From positions 4,848 to 68,847 of the forward strand of contig CAZLZD010000021.1 in the NCBI GenBank assembly GCA_964563925.1: a stretch of 64,000 nucleotides of DNA. Direction: 5' to 3'. The notes beneath the pieces are model-generated. The model was not told where the DNA came from, ran no database searches, and worked only from the letters and a program-made list of their open reading frames with translations. This DNA comes from an uncultured Roseivirgaceae bacterium (lineage in GTDB: Bacteria; Bacteroidota; Bacteroidia; Cytophagales; Cyclobacteriaceae). Positions 19,283 to 28,219 of the stretch are shown here, one piece after another. Numbering within the stretch: the first letter of the stretch is position 1; each line of letters opens with the position of its first letter. The translations under genes were made by a program, and so were the position numbers.

Positions 19283-21793
19283 ATGTCAACTAACCGTACA
19301 ATCCGAGAGGAAGAAATCCTTCCTTTTCACGAAAAGGTTTACGAATCGGCCAACAAACTGGCCAATTATTTTGTCCTGGGATATTTCGCACTGGGCTTTG
19401 TGCTCGCACCCATTTACAACAGCTGGTGGCTGGCGGCCATTATGGGCAGCGTCTCGCTTGGCGCCTATTACGGTGTAAAATACCTGGTCAGGAACAACAC
19501 CCTGTTTCACCTGGTCACTTCCCTGGTTTTCTGGAATTTTCCGCTGCAATTCCTGTTGCAGATGCACGGAAGCTATATCATGATGTTCTTTTACTTCGTG
19601 AGCCTCACCGTGCTGTTATTCTATGAAAGCCGCTGGGTACTGGCACCCACCATCGCCTATGCCTTCTTTTCATTCATTTTCCTGTTCTTTTTGAAAGAGG
19701 ACGTCATGAGCATGGGAATAAACCTGGAGGAAATTGAATCACTGGGACTGGGCTCGGCCCTGCACCTGGGGATCATGGCGCTGTATGCTGCCTTGTGTCT
19801 GCTGTGGGCTAAAATACAGCGTGACCAGACTCGTGAAGCGGCTATCAGTTATATTCAAATGAATGAGCAGGTGAGCTTAATGGACGTAAATATCCAGTTT
19901 GCCAACCAGATCTCTCAGGGCAACCTGACAGCAGGCTACCCCAATGATCACCCCGATAAGCTGGGCAATTCACTGCTCGAAATGCAATCAAGCCTCCGTG
20001 AAGCAGCCGAACGCGAGAAGAAAGAAAAATTTGTGAACGTAGGACTTGCCTCGGTCTCCGAAATCCTGCGAAACCATGTCGAAGACCTGGATGAGCTGAG
20101 CGACAAGGTTATTGAGAAACTCGTAAACTACATGAAAGCCAATCAGGGCGGACTGTTTATTCTGGAAGAAGAAAATGATGGTTCCAAAGTGATCACCCTG
20201 AAAGCCTGCCGGGCGTATGACCGGAAGAAATTCCTGAATAAAACCATTGCCGTAGGCGAAGGGCTGATCGGACAAATTGCATTGGAGAAGGAAACGCTGG
20301 TTATGACCGAGATTCCCGAAGGATACCTTAACATCACTTCGGGACTGGGCATTGCCAGCCCTTCCAGCCTGGTAATCGTTCCGCTGAAATCCAATGAAGA
20401 GGTAGTCGGACTCATTGAAATGGCCTCCTTCAAGGAATTCAATGATACAGACATCGAATTCCTGGAGAAGGTTGGGGAAAGTATTGCGTCGACCATTCTT
20501 TCTGCGAAGACGAACCAGCAAACCAAGGAACTTCTCGAAGGATCACGCCAGATGACGGAAGAACTGCATGCGCAGGAAGAGGAAATGAGGCAGAATATGG
20601 AGGAAATGCAGGCCACTCAGGAAGAAATGGCCCGCACCCAGAAGGAACTCAGCGAGAAGGAAGCCAACCTAAAGGCATTGATCAACAATACCGATGACAG
20701 CATCATTACCATTGACCGTAATTACCGCATACTGGTAATGAATGACGTGGTAAAACGAAGATATAAGGGTACCCAGTTCGAGGGCATGGGAGAAGGGTCC
20801 AACGCCCTCGAAATGCTGGGTGATGTAGCGGATGAATGGAAAGGCTATTATGATAAGGTCATGGAGAATGGGGAACACCTCAACTTCGTCCTTGAAAGCT
20901 CTGTTCAGGGCGAACAAATGTGGCGCGAATACTTTCTCAACCCCATCCGTTCTGACAACAATCTGATCATTGGCTGTTCGGTATTCTCCAGGGATATCTC
21001 CGATAAAATCAGGGCACAGCGGGAACTGGCACACGAAAAAACCCTTTTCCAGGCACTGCTTGATTTCATCCCGGACCACCTGTATTACAAGGACCTTTCC
21101 AGTAAATTCCTTAAGGTATCCAAATCCATGCTGGGGGCCTTCGATGCCACGACAGAAGACGAGCTCATCGGGAAGTCAGATTTCGACTTCTTTGACAAAT
21201 CTCACGCCCAGGTGGCTTATGATAATGAACAGGAAATTATCCGCAGCCGTCAAGCCATAGTAGGCAACATCGAGCGTGAAATTCACAAAGACGGAACGGA
21301 AACCTGGGCAGAAACTACCAAGATGCCGCTCTTCGACGATAACGGTGAGGTCATGGGAACCATCGGGATTACCAAAAATATCACAGAATCCAAGCAATTG
21401 GAGCGTGAAGCCGTATACAAGAGCGACGTCCTGCGTTCAATGGTCGACAATACCCCGGATGCCATTTTCACCTTCGACAAGGAGTATCGTATTGTTGTGG
21501 CCAATAAACACATTGAGGAACATTTTAACCGTGACGGAATAAGTAACACGCCCGGAACCCGCCTTCCTGCCACCAATGGCTGGAAAGAACATTATGACCG
21601 GGCACTCAGCGGAGATCGTTTCGAAATCATCGAGGAAGCGGAATTCTCCGGTGTCAAAAAATCGTTCCGCTATTTAATCGGGCCCGTACTTGATGAAGAA
21701 AACAACATCATAGGGGGGACGGTGATTTCCAGGGAAGTGGAAGGAAGCCTTGCCCCGGCCGGAGCCGGAGGGAGCACGAAAAAGCGTAAGTAA
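19283..21793 (+). CDS. Membrane sensor protein: multi-TM N-terminus, HAMP-like linker, GAF domain, coiled-coil signalling helix and about three PAS domains; no recognisable output domain
   Basis: 836 aa from ATG 19283. It has hydrophobic helices in the first ~190 aa, a GAF pattern (GLIGQIALEKETLVMTEIP...VVGLIEMASF), a coiled coil (EELHAQEEEMRQNMEEMQATQEEM) and repeated PAS-like blocks. The tail is APAGAGGSTKKRK. Confidence 0.8.
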   Translation: MSTNRTIREEEILPFHEKVYESANKLANYFVLGYFALGFVLAPIYNSWWLAAIMGSVSLGAYYGVKYLVRNNTLFHLVTSLVFWNFPLQFLLQMHGSYIMMFFYFVSLTVLLFYESRWVLAPTIAYAFFSFIFLFFLKEDVMSMGINLEEIESLGLGSALHLGIMALYAALCLLWAKIQRDQTREAAISYIQMNEQVSLMDVNIQFANQISQGNLTAGYPNDHPDKLGNSLLEMQSSLREAAEREKKEKFVNVGLASVSEILRNHVEDLDELSDKVIEKLVNYMKANQGGLFILEEENDGSKVITLKACRAYDRKKFLNKTIAVGEGLIGQIALEKETLVMTEIPEGYLNITSGLGIASPSSLVIVPLKSNEEVVGLIEMASFKEFNDTDIEFLEKVGESIASTILSAKTNQQTKELLEGSRQMTEELHAQEEEMRQNMEEMQATQEEMARTQKELSEKEANLKALINNTDDSIITIDRNYRILVMNDVVKRRYKGTQFEGMGEGSNALEMLGDVADEWKGYYDKVMENGEHLNFVLESSVQGEQMWREYFLNPIRSDNNLIIGCSVFSRDISDKIRAQRELAHEKTLFQALLDFIPDHLYYKDLSSKFLKVSKSMLGAFDATTEDELIGKSDFDFFDKSHAQVAYDNEQEIIRSRQAIVGNIEREIHKDGTETWAETTKMPLFDDNGEVMGTIGITKNITESKQLEREAVYKSDVLRSMVDNTPDAIFTFDKEYRIVVANKHIEEHFNRDGISNTPGTRLPATNGWKEHYDRALSGDRFEIIEEAEFSGVKKSFRYLIGPVLDEENNIIGGTVISREVEGSLAPAGAGGSTKKRK

Positions 21794-22714
21794 TTAACCG
21801 GCCGGTGGATCACCGGCCATTTTTTTTGCCATCCGGCGTTGCCGGTAGGTTGACAGGTATACCCCGCAGATAATCAGTCCGAGCCCCAGGAAATGACCAG
21901 GCAAAAGGCGCTCGCCGTCCAGCAATCCCCAGAATACTGCCACCATGGGAATCAGGTAGGTAACCGAACTTGTAAAGACTGGGGAAGTGATCTTCACTAA
22001 CTGGTTAAACAGGATTAATGCGAAGGCTGTTCCCACAATTCCAAGTGCCGCCACTGCCATGAGCGGATTCAGGGCTTCCGGCTGCGAGACATGGGTGGTA
22101 AAAGGGGTAAAGAGCAGGAGATAGGTAATGGCAGCAGGACCTGCGATAAGAAGCGATATGCTGGTGATCGTCCTGCTGGTAAGTTCGTGGATGCGGAATT
22201 TTATAATGTTAAGATTGGCCCCGTAAAAGACCGTGGCACACACGACGAAAAGCGCATACCAGTTAATGGCTCCCGGTCCATGTTCAGTACCTGACATGAT
22301 CAGCACCAGGCATCCTGCAAACCCGATAATTATTCCGGTGACCGTCCGGATATGACTTCTCTGGGTAAAAAACACCATCCCGATGATCAGCGTAAAGAGC
22401 GGAGTAAGGGCATTCAGAATTCCGGCCACCGAGCTTGGTATCCTTGTTTGTGCGATGGCAAAAAGAAAGGAGGGAATCAGGCTGCCAAACATACCGACTA
22501 CGCCCAGCCAGAACCATTGCTTCCGCCTGATTTGTCTGACCCGGGGCAGGCTGAAAGGCAACAGGAACAGTGAGGCAAAGGCTATTCGCAATGCACCAAC
22601 CTCACCGGCTGAAAAGGCGGTAAGGCCAATCTTTATCAGTATAAACGAACTTCCCCAGATCAGGGCAAGGACGCCCAAAAGGAGCCAGGCGAGCAGTTTG
22701 GGAGAATCGCTCAT
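21794..22714 (-). CDS. EamA / DMT superfamily transporter
   Basis: 306 aa with ten hydrophobic helices arranged as two EamA-like halves. Confidence 0.85.
   Translation of the reverse strand: MSDSPKLLAWLLLGVLALIWGSSFILIKIGLTAFSAGEVGALRIAFASLFLLPFSLPRVRQIRRKQWFWLGVVGMFGSLIPSFLFAIAQTRIPSSVAGILNALTPLFTLIIGMVFFTQRSHIRTVTGIIIGFAGCLVLIMSGTEHGPGAINWYALFVVCATVFYGANLNIIKFRIHELTSRTITSISLLIAGPAAITYLLLFTPFTTHVSQPEALNPLMAVAALGIVGTAFALILFNQLVKITSPVFTSSVTYLIPMVAVFWGLLDGERLLPGHFLGLGLIICGVYLSTYRQRRMAKKMAGDPPAG
21800..21827 (+). terminator. Intrinsic terminator of the sensor gene, embedded in the last codons of the convergent EamA gene
   Basis: Perfect 8-bp GC-rich stem GGCCGGTG (21800-21807) / CACCGGCC (21811-21818) with the 3-nt loop GAT. 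It is followed by A and a run of eight T (21820-27) and begins 7 nt after the TAA at 21791-93. Confidence 0.75.
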
Positions 22715-22728
22715 TGGTCTACATGTGC

Positions 22729-23718
22729 TCAGGCACTCAGCTCAGGGATAAAGGTATTTTCGACCTCTTCCAGGATACCGACAATCTCCTCCTTGGTTTC
22801 GGCGGTGACCAGCCGGGTACGGAAGGGTTTGAAGTGAGGAATGCCGCGGAAGTAATTGGTGTAATGCCGGCGCATCTCATAGATCCCCTTTCGTTCGCCT
22901 TTCCAGTCCACGGAAAAATCCAGGTGCTCACGCGCAGCTGAGACCCTGGACGAGAGGCTTGGTGCCTCAGGCATCTCACCTGTCCTGAAGAAATGCTTTA
23001 TCTCGTTGAATATCCAGGGATAGCCAATAGCCGCCCTGCCGATCATAATGCCGTCAACACCATACCGGTTTCGGTATTCCAGGGCCTTTTGCGGAGAATC
23101 AATATCCCCGTTTCCAAAGATCGGAATATGAATATCCGGGTGGTTCTTTACCTCTCCGATCATCGTCCAGTCGGCCTCGCCCTTGTACATCTGCTTACGC
23201 GTACGTCCATGGATGGTCAGCGCCTGTACTCCCACATCCTGGAGCCTTTGGGCAACCTCCACGATCTTAATGGAATTCTCGTCCCAGCCAAGGCGTGTTT
23301 TCACCGTGACCGGGAGGCCCACCTGCCTGACAATCTCAGCAGTCATTTTCTGCATCTTGGGCAGGTCCTGGAGAATACCAGCGCCGGCTCCCTTGCAGGC
23401 AACTTTCTTAACGGGACACCCATAATTGATATCAATGAGCTCAGGACCGGCTTCTTCGGCAATCGCCGCAGCCTCGCGCATGCTTTTTATCTTGTCCCCG
23501 AATATCTGGATTCCAATCGGCCGTTCGTAATCATATATGTCCAGCTTTTCGACACTCTTTTCGGCATTTCTGATCAGGCCCTCCGAAGAAATGAACTCGG
23601 TATACATCATGTCCGCCCCGTGCTTCTTGCACAAGGCACGGAAAGGGGGATCACTCACATCCTCCATCGGAGCAAGCAGGAGTGGAAAATCATTCAGTTC
23701 AATATTTGCTATTCTCAT
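22729..23718 (-). CDS. dusB: tRNA-dihydrouridine synthase
   Basis: 329 aa with LAPMEDVSDPPFR, INYGCP and TIHGRTR motifs. Confidence 0.93.
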   Translation of the reverse strand: MRIANIELNDFPLLLAPMEDVSDPPFRALCKKHGADMMYTEFISSEGLIRNAEKSVEKLDIYDYERPIGIQIFGDKIKSMREAAAIAEEAGPELIDINYGCPVKKVACKGAGAGILQDLPKMQKMTAEIVRQVGLPVTVKTRLGWDENSIKIVEVAQRLQDVGVQALTIHGRTRKQMYKGEADWTMIGEVKNHPDIHIPIFGNGDIDSPQKALEYRNRYGVDGIMIGRAAIGYPWIFNEIKHFFRTGEMPEAPSLSSRVSAAREHLDFSVDWKGERKGIYEMRRHYTNYFRGIPHFKPFRTRLVTAETKEEIVGILEEVENTFIPELSA

Positions 23719-23779
23719 GGTAGCCTAATTCGAAATTTATCGTGCCGTTTCGAAAGAAACCGTAAATTTACGTCAAAAT

Positions 23780-24901
23780 ATGAATATATCAGATACCCAA
23801 CCGATTGGAACGACGGGAAGGCAGGCCATGCAGACCGCTTTGGTCGGCCTGGGACTTTGCCTGCTCTCATTTCTGTTCATCGGTCCGATAATTGGCATAC
23901 TCATCGCCATTCCTTTCTATGAGGGCGACCTGCTTGGACTTGCCGAACGCCTGGAAAACCCGGGATTATATCCGGAATTCCGCATTCCTCTCTACATCAT
24001 CCAGGGCGTAAGCGCCTTTATCGGCCTCATCCTTACCCCATGGCTCTATCTCAAAATCCGCAAGGAACATCCGTTGCAAAAATATATTTCGACAGACCGC
24101 AGCCTCTTTAGTTATGTCTTAACTGTTCTCGCCGTGATTTCGTTCATGGGATTCAATTCCTATATAATCGAATGGAATGCCGGTATGGAATTTCCGGAAG
24201 CCTGGAAAGCTATTGAAGAATGGATGCGCTCGCGGGAAGATATCGCGGCAGGTCTTACAGAATACCTTACCACTTTCGATACGCCCGGCATGTTTGTGCT
24301 GGCCTTCGTTGTCATTGCCATCATACCGGGTATTGGTGAAGAACTGGTATTTCGGGGGGTGTTCCAGCGTAAAATCCAGGATGCGGGGGTAAACGGGCAT
24401 GTGGCCGTCTGGGCAGGAGCCATTCTATTTTCAGCCATCCATTTTCAGTTTTTCGGGTTTCTTCCACGCATGTTCCTGGGTGCACTTTTTGGCTACCTGT
24501 ACTGGTGGTCCGGTGATCTGAAAGTACCGATGCTGGCGCACTTTGCCAACAATGCCATTACCCTTGTGATTGTCTACCAGGCACCTGATCTCGACGAACC
24601 AGATGCGCTTCCTTTGGCTGCGGGGGTAATTATGACTATTATTACTGCAGGCTTATTGTTCTTTTTATATCGTCACTGGAATACACAGAAAAATCCGCCG
24701 GAAGAATGGCAAAAAGTATATTCCACCGAACAGGCTTATCAGGCAGAAATTGTTAAATCCGTTTTATCTGAATCCATGAATGCTGTAATTGTTAATAAGA
24801 AGGATTCTTCCTACAATATAGGATATTACGAAATTCACGTCAGACCAGGAGATGTCATGAGGGCATTGCAAATAATCAAAAATGACATCACTTTTCAGTA
24901 A
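23780..24901 (+). CDS. CPBP family intramembrane glutamic endopeptidase with a C-terminal DUF2007-like soluble domain
   Basis: 373 aa with CPBP motifs EELVFRG, FSAIHF and HFANN. The last ~70 aa match the DUF2007 pattern (AEIVKSVLSESMNAVIVNKK...YEIHVRPGDVMRALQII). Confidence 0.75.
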   Translation: MNISDTQPIGTTGRQAMQTALVGLGLCLLSFLFIGPIIGILIAIPFYEGDLLGLAERLENPGLYPEFRIPLYIIQGVSAFIGLILTPWLYLKIRKEHPLQKYISTDRSLFSYVLTVLAVISFMGFNSYIIEWNAGMEFPEAWKAIEEWMRSREDIAAGLTEYLTTFDTPGMFVLAFVVIAIIPGIGEELVFRGVFQRKIQDAGVNGHVAVWAGAILFSAIHFQFFGFLPRMFLGALFGYLYWWSGDLKVPMLAHFANNAITLVIVYQAPDLDEPDALPLAAGVIMTIITAGLLFFLYRHWNTQKNPPEEWQKVYSTEQAYQAEIVKSVLSESMNAVIVNKKDSSYNIGYYEIHVRPGDVMRALQIIKNDITFQ

Positions 24902-25712
24902 ATACAACAACCTGACCCAGCGTATCATCGCCGCACTGATCGGTGTGCTCATAATCGTGGTTGCACTGATTGCCGGGCCATGGTTTTATTTCACCATATT
25001 CCTGTTCATCTGCCTTATTACGCAGCTTGAATTCTACAAGCTTGTAGGCCTGGATGGTATGATCCCGCTTAAAACGTTCGGTACATTCAGCGGAATGGCC
25101 TTCTTTACGCTCACTTTCCTGGTGGAAAGCGGGCGGATCGGCCCCGACTTTTATTTTCTGGTATTCCCCATCCTGGCCGGGGTTTACCTGATCTATCTTT
25201 ATCGGAAACGGGTTACGAAACCATTCCGCGGAATTGCTTTTACCTTCCTCGGGATCATTTATGTCGCGGTTCCGTTCTCACTTCTGAATGTCATTATATT
25301 TCATCCGGGAGAATATACGTTTGAAATATTGCTGGGTGCATTACTCCTGCTGTGGTCCAACGATACCGGAGCCTATTTTGCCGGTGTGCGGTATGGCAAA
25401 CGTAAACTCTTCGAACGCGTATCTCCGAAAAAATCCTGGGAGGGCAGTCTGGGCGGTTTTGTTCTTTCCCTAGTTATGGCGTATGTTTTATCCAACTTCA
25501 GCCAGGTTTTTACTACCGGAGAATGGATCGCCATGGGCGTGATCATTTCCATAGGAGGAACCTATGGCGACCTGGTTGAATCCTTGTTTAAGCGCAGTAT
25601 TGAGATCAAGGATTCAGGACGGCTCATACCGGGTCATGGCGGCTTTCTCGATCGGTTTGACGGACTCCTGCTTTCGGCCCCGTTTATCGTGACATTCCTT
25701 AAAATCTTTTAA
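24882..25712 (+). CDS. cdsA: Phosphatidate cytidylyltransferase
   Basis: 276 aa, polytopic, with the C-terminal signature SLFKRSIEIKDSGRLIPGHGGFLDRFD. Confidence 0.93.
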   Translation: MTSLFSKYNNLTQRIIAALIGVLIIVVALIAGPWFYFTIFLFICLITQLEFYKLVGLDGMIPLKTFGTFSGMAFFTLTFLVESGRIGPDFYFLVFPILAGVYLIYLYRKRVTKPFRGIAFTFLGIIYVAVPFSLLNVIIFHPGEYTFEILLGALLLLWSNDTGAYFAGVRYGKRKLFERVSPKKSWEGSLGGFVLSLVMAYVLSNFSQVFTTGEWIAMGVIISIGGTYGDLVESLFKRSIEIKDSGRLIPGHGGFLDRFDGLLLSAPFIVTFLKIF

Positions 25713-25725
25713 CCTGCGTCAGAGT

Positions 25726-25739
25726 ATATATGCATATAT
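25726..25739. repeat. 14-nt perfect palindrome ATATATGCATATAT just upstream of the gdh -7 box
   Basis: Read directly from the sequence. It ends 4 nt before the TAAATTTG box at 25744. Confidence 0.6.
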
Positions 25740-25743
25740 TCTA

Positions 25744-25751
25744 TAAATTTG
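25744..25751 (+). promoter_or_regulatory. -7 promoter box TAAATTTG for glutamate dehydrogenase
   Basis: Exact TAnnTTTG, 32 nt upstream of ATG 25783. Confidence 0.5.
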
Positions 25752-25782
25752 CAAACGATTTAAATCCCTAAATTTACCCCTT

Positions 25783-27057
25783 ATGGCGTATATCGAACCG
25801 GCCCCGATTAAAGATGAACAGAATCCCTTTGAGGCCATGATGTCACGTTTTCACATTGCTTCCCAGATACTGGGGATCGATGATGAAGTTTACAACGTCC
25901 TGAAAAATCCCGCTAAACAGGTAATCGTTTCCCTGCCGGTTACGATGGATGACGGCTCAATCAAAGTATTTGAAGGTTTCCGTGTGATTCATTCCAACAT
26001 ACTCGGACCCTCAAAAGGAGGTATACGCTTTGACCCCGGGGTAAACCTGGATGAAGTAAAGGCACTGGCGGCCTGGATGACCTGGAAGTGTGCAGTGGTT
26101 GACATACCCTATGGAGGAGCCAAAGGGGGTATCAAATGTAATCCGCGTGAAATGTCTTCCGGCGAGATTGAACGTCTGATGCGTGCCTATACATTATCCA
26201 TGATCGAAATCTTCGGACCTGACCGCGATATACCGGCCCCGGACATGGGCACAGGACCGCGGGAAATGGCCTGGCTGATGGATGAATTTTCAAGAACACA
26301 GGGTATGACAATCAACTCGGTGGTTACCGGCAAACCGCTCGTACTGGGCGGATCTCTGGGTCGTACCGAAGCCACCGGCCGCGGGGTTATGGTAAGTGCC
26401 CTGGCTGCCATGGAGAAACTTAAAATCAATCCGTATAAAGCGACTTGCGCCGTGCAGGGTTTTGGTAATGTCGGTAGCTATGCCGCACTCCTCCTGGAAG
26501 AACGCGGGGTCAAAGTGGTGGCCATCAGTGATCTGTCCGGCGCCTATTTCAATGCCAATGGCCTGAATATCCAGGCGGCTATTGATTACAGGAATGAAAA
26601 CAAGGGCTCGCTGGAAGGATTTGCCGGCGCGGAAAAAATTTCAGGGGACGAGCTGCTTTCCCTGGATGTGGATGTACTGGTCCCTGCTGCTACAGAAGAT
26701 GTAATTACCTCCCAAAATGTGGATTCCATCAAAGCCAGACTGATTGTGGAAGGTGCAAACGGACCTACATCGGCCAAGGCCGACACAATAATTGCCGAAA
26801 AAGGGATAATGGTTGCACCTGATATCCTTGCCAATGCCGGCGGGGTAACGGTTTCCTACTTCGAGTGGGTCCAGAACCGTCTTGGATATAAATGGACCGG
26901 TGAGCGTGTTAACCGCCGTTCGGACAGGATTATGAAAGACGCATTTGACAACGTGTACAAGACATCCCAGGAATACGACATTTCCATGCGTATTGCGGCT
27001 TATGTGGTAGCTATTGACAAAGTTGCCAAAACCTATAAATACCGGGGTGGATTTTAA
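25783..27057 (+). CDS. Glutamate dehydrogenase (Glu/Leu/Phe/Val dehydrogenase family)
   Basis: 424 aa with GPSKGGIRF, PYGGAKGG and a Rossmann motif GFGNVG. Confidence 0.95.
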   Translation: MAYIEPAPIKDEQNPFEAMMSRFHIASQILGIDDEVYNVLKNPAKQVIVSLPVTMDDGSIKVFEGFRVIHSNILGPSKGGIRFDPGVNLDEVKALAAWMTWKCAVVDIPYGGAKGGIKCNPREMSSGEIERLMRAYTLSMIEIFGPDRDIPAPDMGTGPREMAWLMDEFSRTQGMTINSVVTGKPLVLGGSLGRTEATGRGVMVSALAAMEKLKINPYKATCAVQGFGNVGSYAALLLEERGVKVVAISDLSGAYFNANGLNIQAAIDYRNENKGSLEGFAGAEKISGDELLSLDVDVLVPAATEDVITSQNVDSIKARLIVEGANGPTSAKADTIIAEKGIMVAPDILANAGGVTVSYFEWVQNRLGYKWTGERVNRRSDRIMKDAFDNVYKTSQEYDISMRIAAYVVAIDKVAKTYKYRGGF

Positions 27058-27080
27058 TCAGGAATAAAAACATCTAGATT

Positions 27081-27740
27081 TTGACGATTCATAAAGAAGG
27101 CAGAACCCTATTATTTATTCTCCTGGTGGTACTGACGATCATCAATACCGGGATTTACTATGGCTTTGATGGTAACGGCCTGGAGTTCAAGATCTCCGTG
27201 ATCCTCAGTATCGTGGTATTTTTAATGGTATTGCAGTTTTTCCGCAATCCGATCCGTAAGACTGTTTACAATGAGAAGCATGTCATCGCTCCGGCTGACG
27301 GCAAGGTGGTGGTAATTGAAAAAACCCGTGAAGAAGAATACCTGGGCGATGAAAGAATACAGATATCCATATTCATGTCTCCGGTGAATGTCCATGTAAA
27401 CCGTATGCCTGTAAAAGGCGTGGTGGAATATTTCAAGTATCATGCGGGCAAATACCTGGTTGCATGGCATCCGAAATCCAGTACGGAAAACGAACGCACC
27501 ACCATGGTGATCAAGACCGAAGGAAATATTCCGGTACTGGTAAGGCAGATCGCCGGTGCCGTGGCACGGCGTATCAAATGGTATGTCAAGGAGGGGTCAC
27601 GCCTCGAACAGGGCCAGGAATTTGGTTTTATTAAGTTCGGCTCCCGCGTGGATGTATTCCTGCCACTTGATGCCAGTGTCAAGGTAAAGGTTGGTGAAAA
27701 AACACGTGGCGGAATGACCGTACTGGCCGATCTGGCTTAA
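27081..27740 (+). CDS. psd: Phosphatidylserine decarboxylase proenzyme
   Basis: 219 aa with a TTG start and an N-terminal TM segment. FGSR, within FIKFGSRVDV, is the self-cleavage (G-S) site. Confidence 0.9.
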   Translation: MTIHKEGRTLLFILLVVLTIINTGIYYGFDGNGLEFKISVILSIVVFLMVLQFFRNPIRKTVYNEKHVIAPADGKVVVIEKTREEEYLGDERIQISIFMSPVNVHVNRMPVKGVVEYFKYHAGKYLVAWHPKSSTENERTTMVIKTEGNIPVLVRQIAGAVARRIKWYVKEGSRLEQGQEFGFIKFGSRVDVFLPLDASVKVKVGEKTRGGMTVLADLA

Positions 27741-28219
27741 AAGGTATCCTCCAGGTCACGCATCAGTTCTTCCAGGTACTTCCGGTCAATCTCATCAAAA
27801 TGGGCAAGCTGATCACTGTCCACATCAAGAACCATACATACTTCATTGTTCTTGTGTACCGGGACAACGATTTCTGAACGAGAAGCTGAGCTGCAGGCAA
27901 TATGCCCGGGAAACTGGTCAACATCTTCCACCACAATGGTGCGGTCTTCCGCCCATACCGTGCCGCAAACACCTTTTCCTGAGGCAATGCGGGTACAGGC
28001 AACCGGACCCTGGAAGGGTCCCAGAACCAGCTCATTCTCCTTCACAAGATAGAACCCCACCCAGAAAAATCCCATCGCCTCACGAAGAGCCGCCGCAATA
28101 TTGGCCAGGTTGGCAATAAGGTCCCTCTCCCCGGCGATTAGCCCTCTGATCTGCGGGATAAGCTCCTCATACCTGGTTTTCTTATCCTGAGTATTCGTCA
28201 ACTGTAGTGTTTCTGCCAT
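27737..28219 (-). CDS. GAF domain protein of the free methionine-(R)-sulfoxide reductase (MsrC/YebR) type
   Basis: The start is set at ATG 28219 (MAETLQ...), giving 160 aa. Pattern: GFYLV...LVLGPFQGPVACTRIASGKGVCG...VVEDVDQFPGHIACSS. Confidence 0.8.
   Translation of the reverse strand: MAETLQLTNTQDKKTRYEELIPQIRGLIAGERDLIANLANIAAALREAMGFFWVGFYLVKENELVLGPFQGPVACTRIASGKGVCGTVWAEDRTIVVEDVDQFPGHIACSSASRSEIVVPVHKNNEVCMVLDVDSDQLAHFDEIDRKYLEELMRDLEDTF

Noticed and set aside
22993-23922. A 309-aa ORF on the plus strand, one of the longest unexplained ORFs in the track.
   Set aside because: It lies antisense to the well-supported dusB gene. It runs through the dusB/CPBP divergent promoter region and into the CPBP gene in another frame. 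Its translation is the Leu/Arg/Ser/His-rich pattern typical of antisense frames of mid-GC genes, and it has no recognisable motif.
25783-27057. gdh lying between cdsA and psd, considered as a possible inserted or horizontally acquired gene.
   Set aside because: There are no flanking repeats, no mobility genes and no compositional break visible by eye. It has an ordinary lineage-type promoter.
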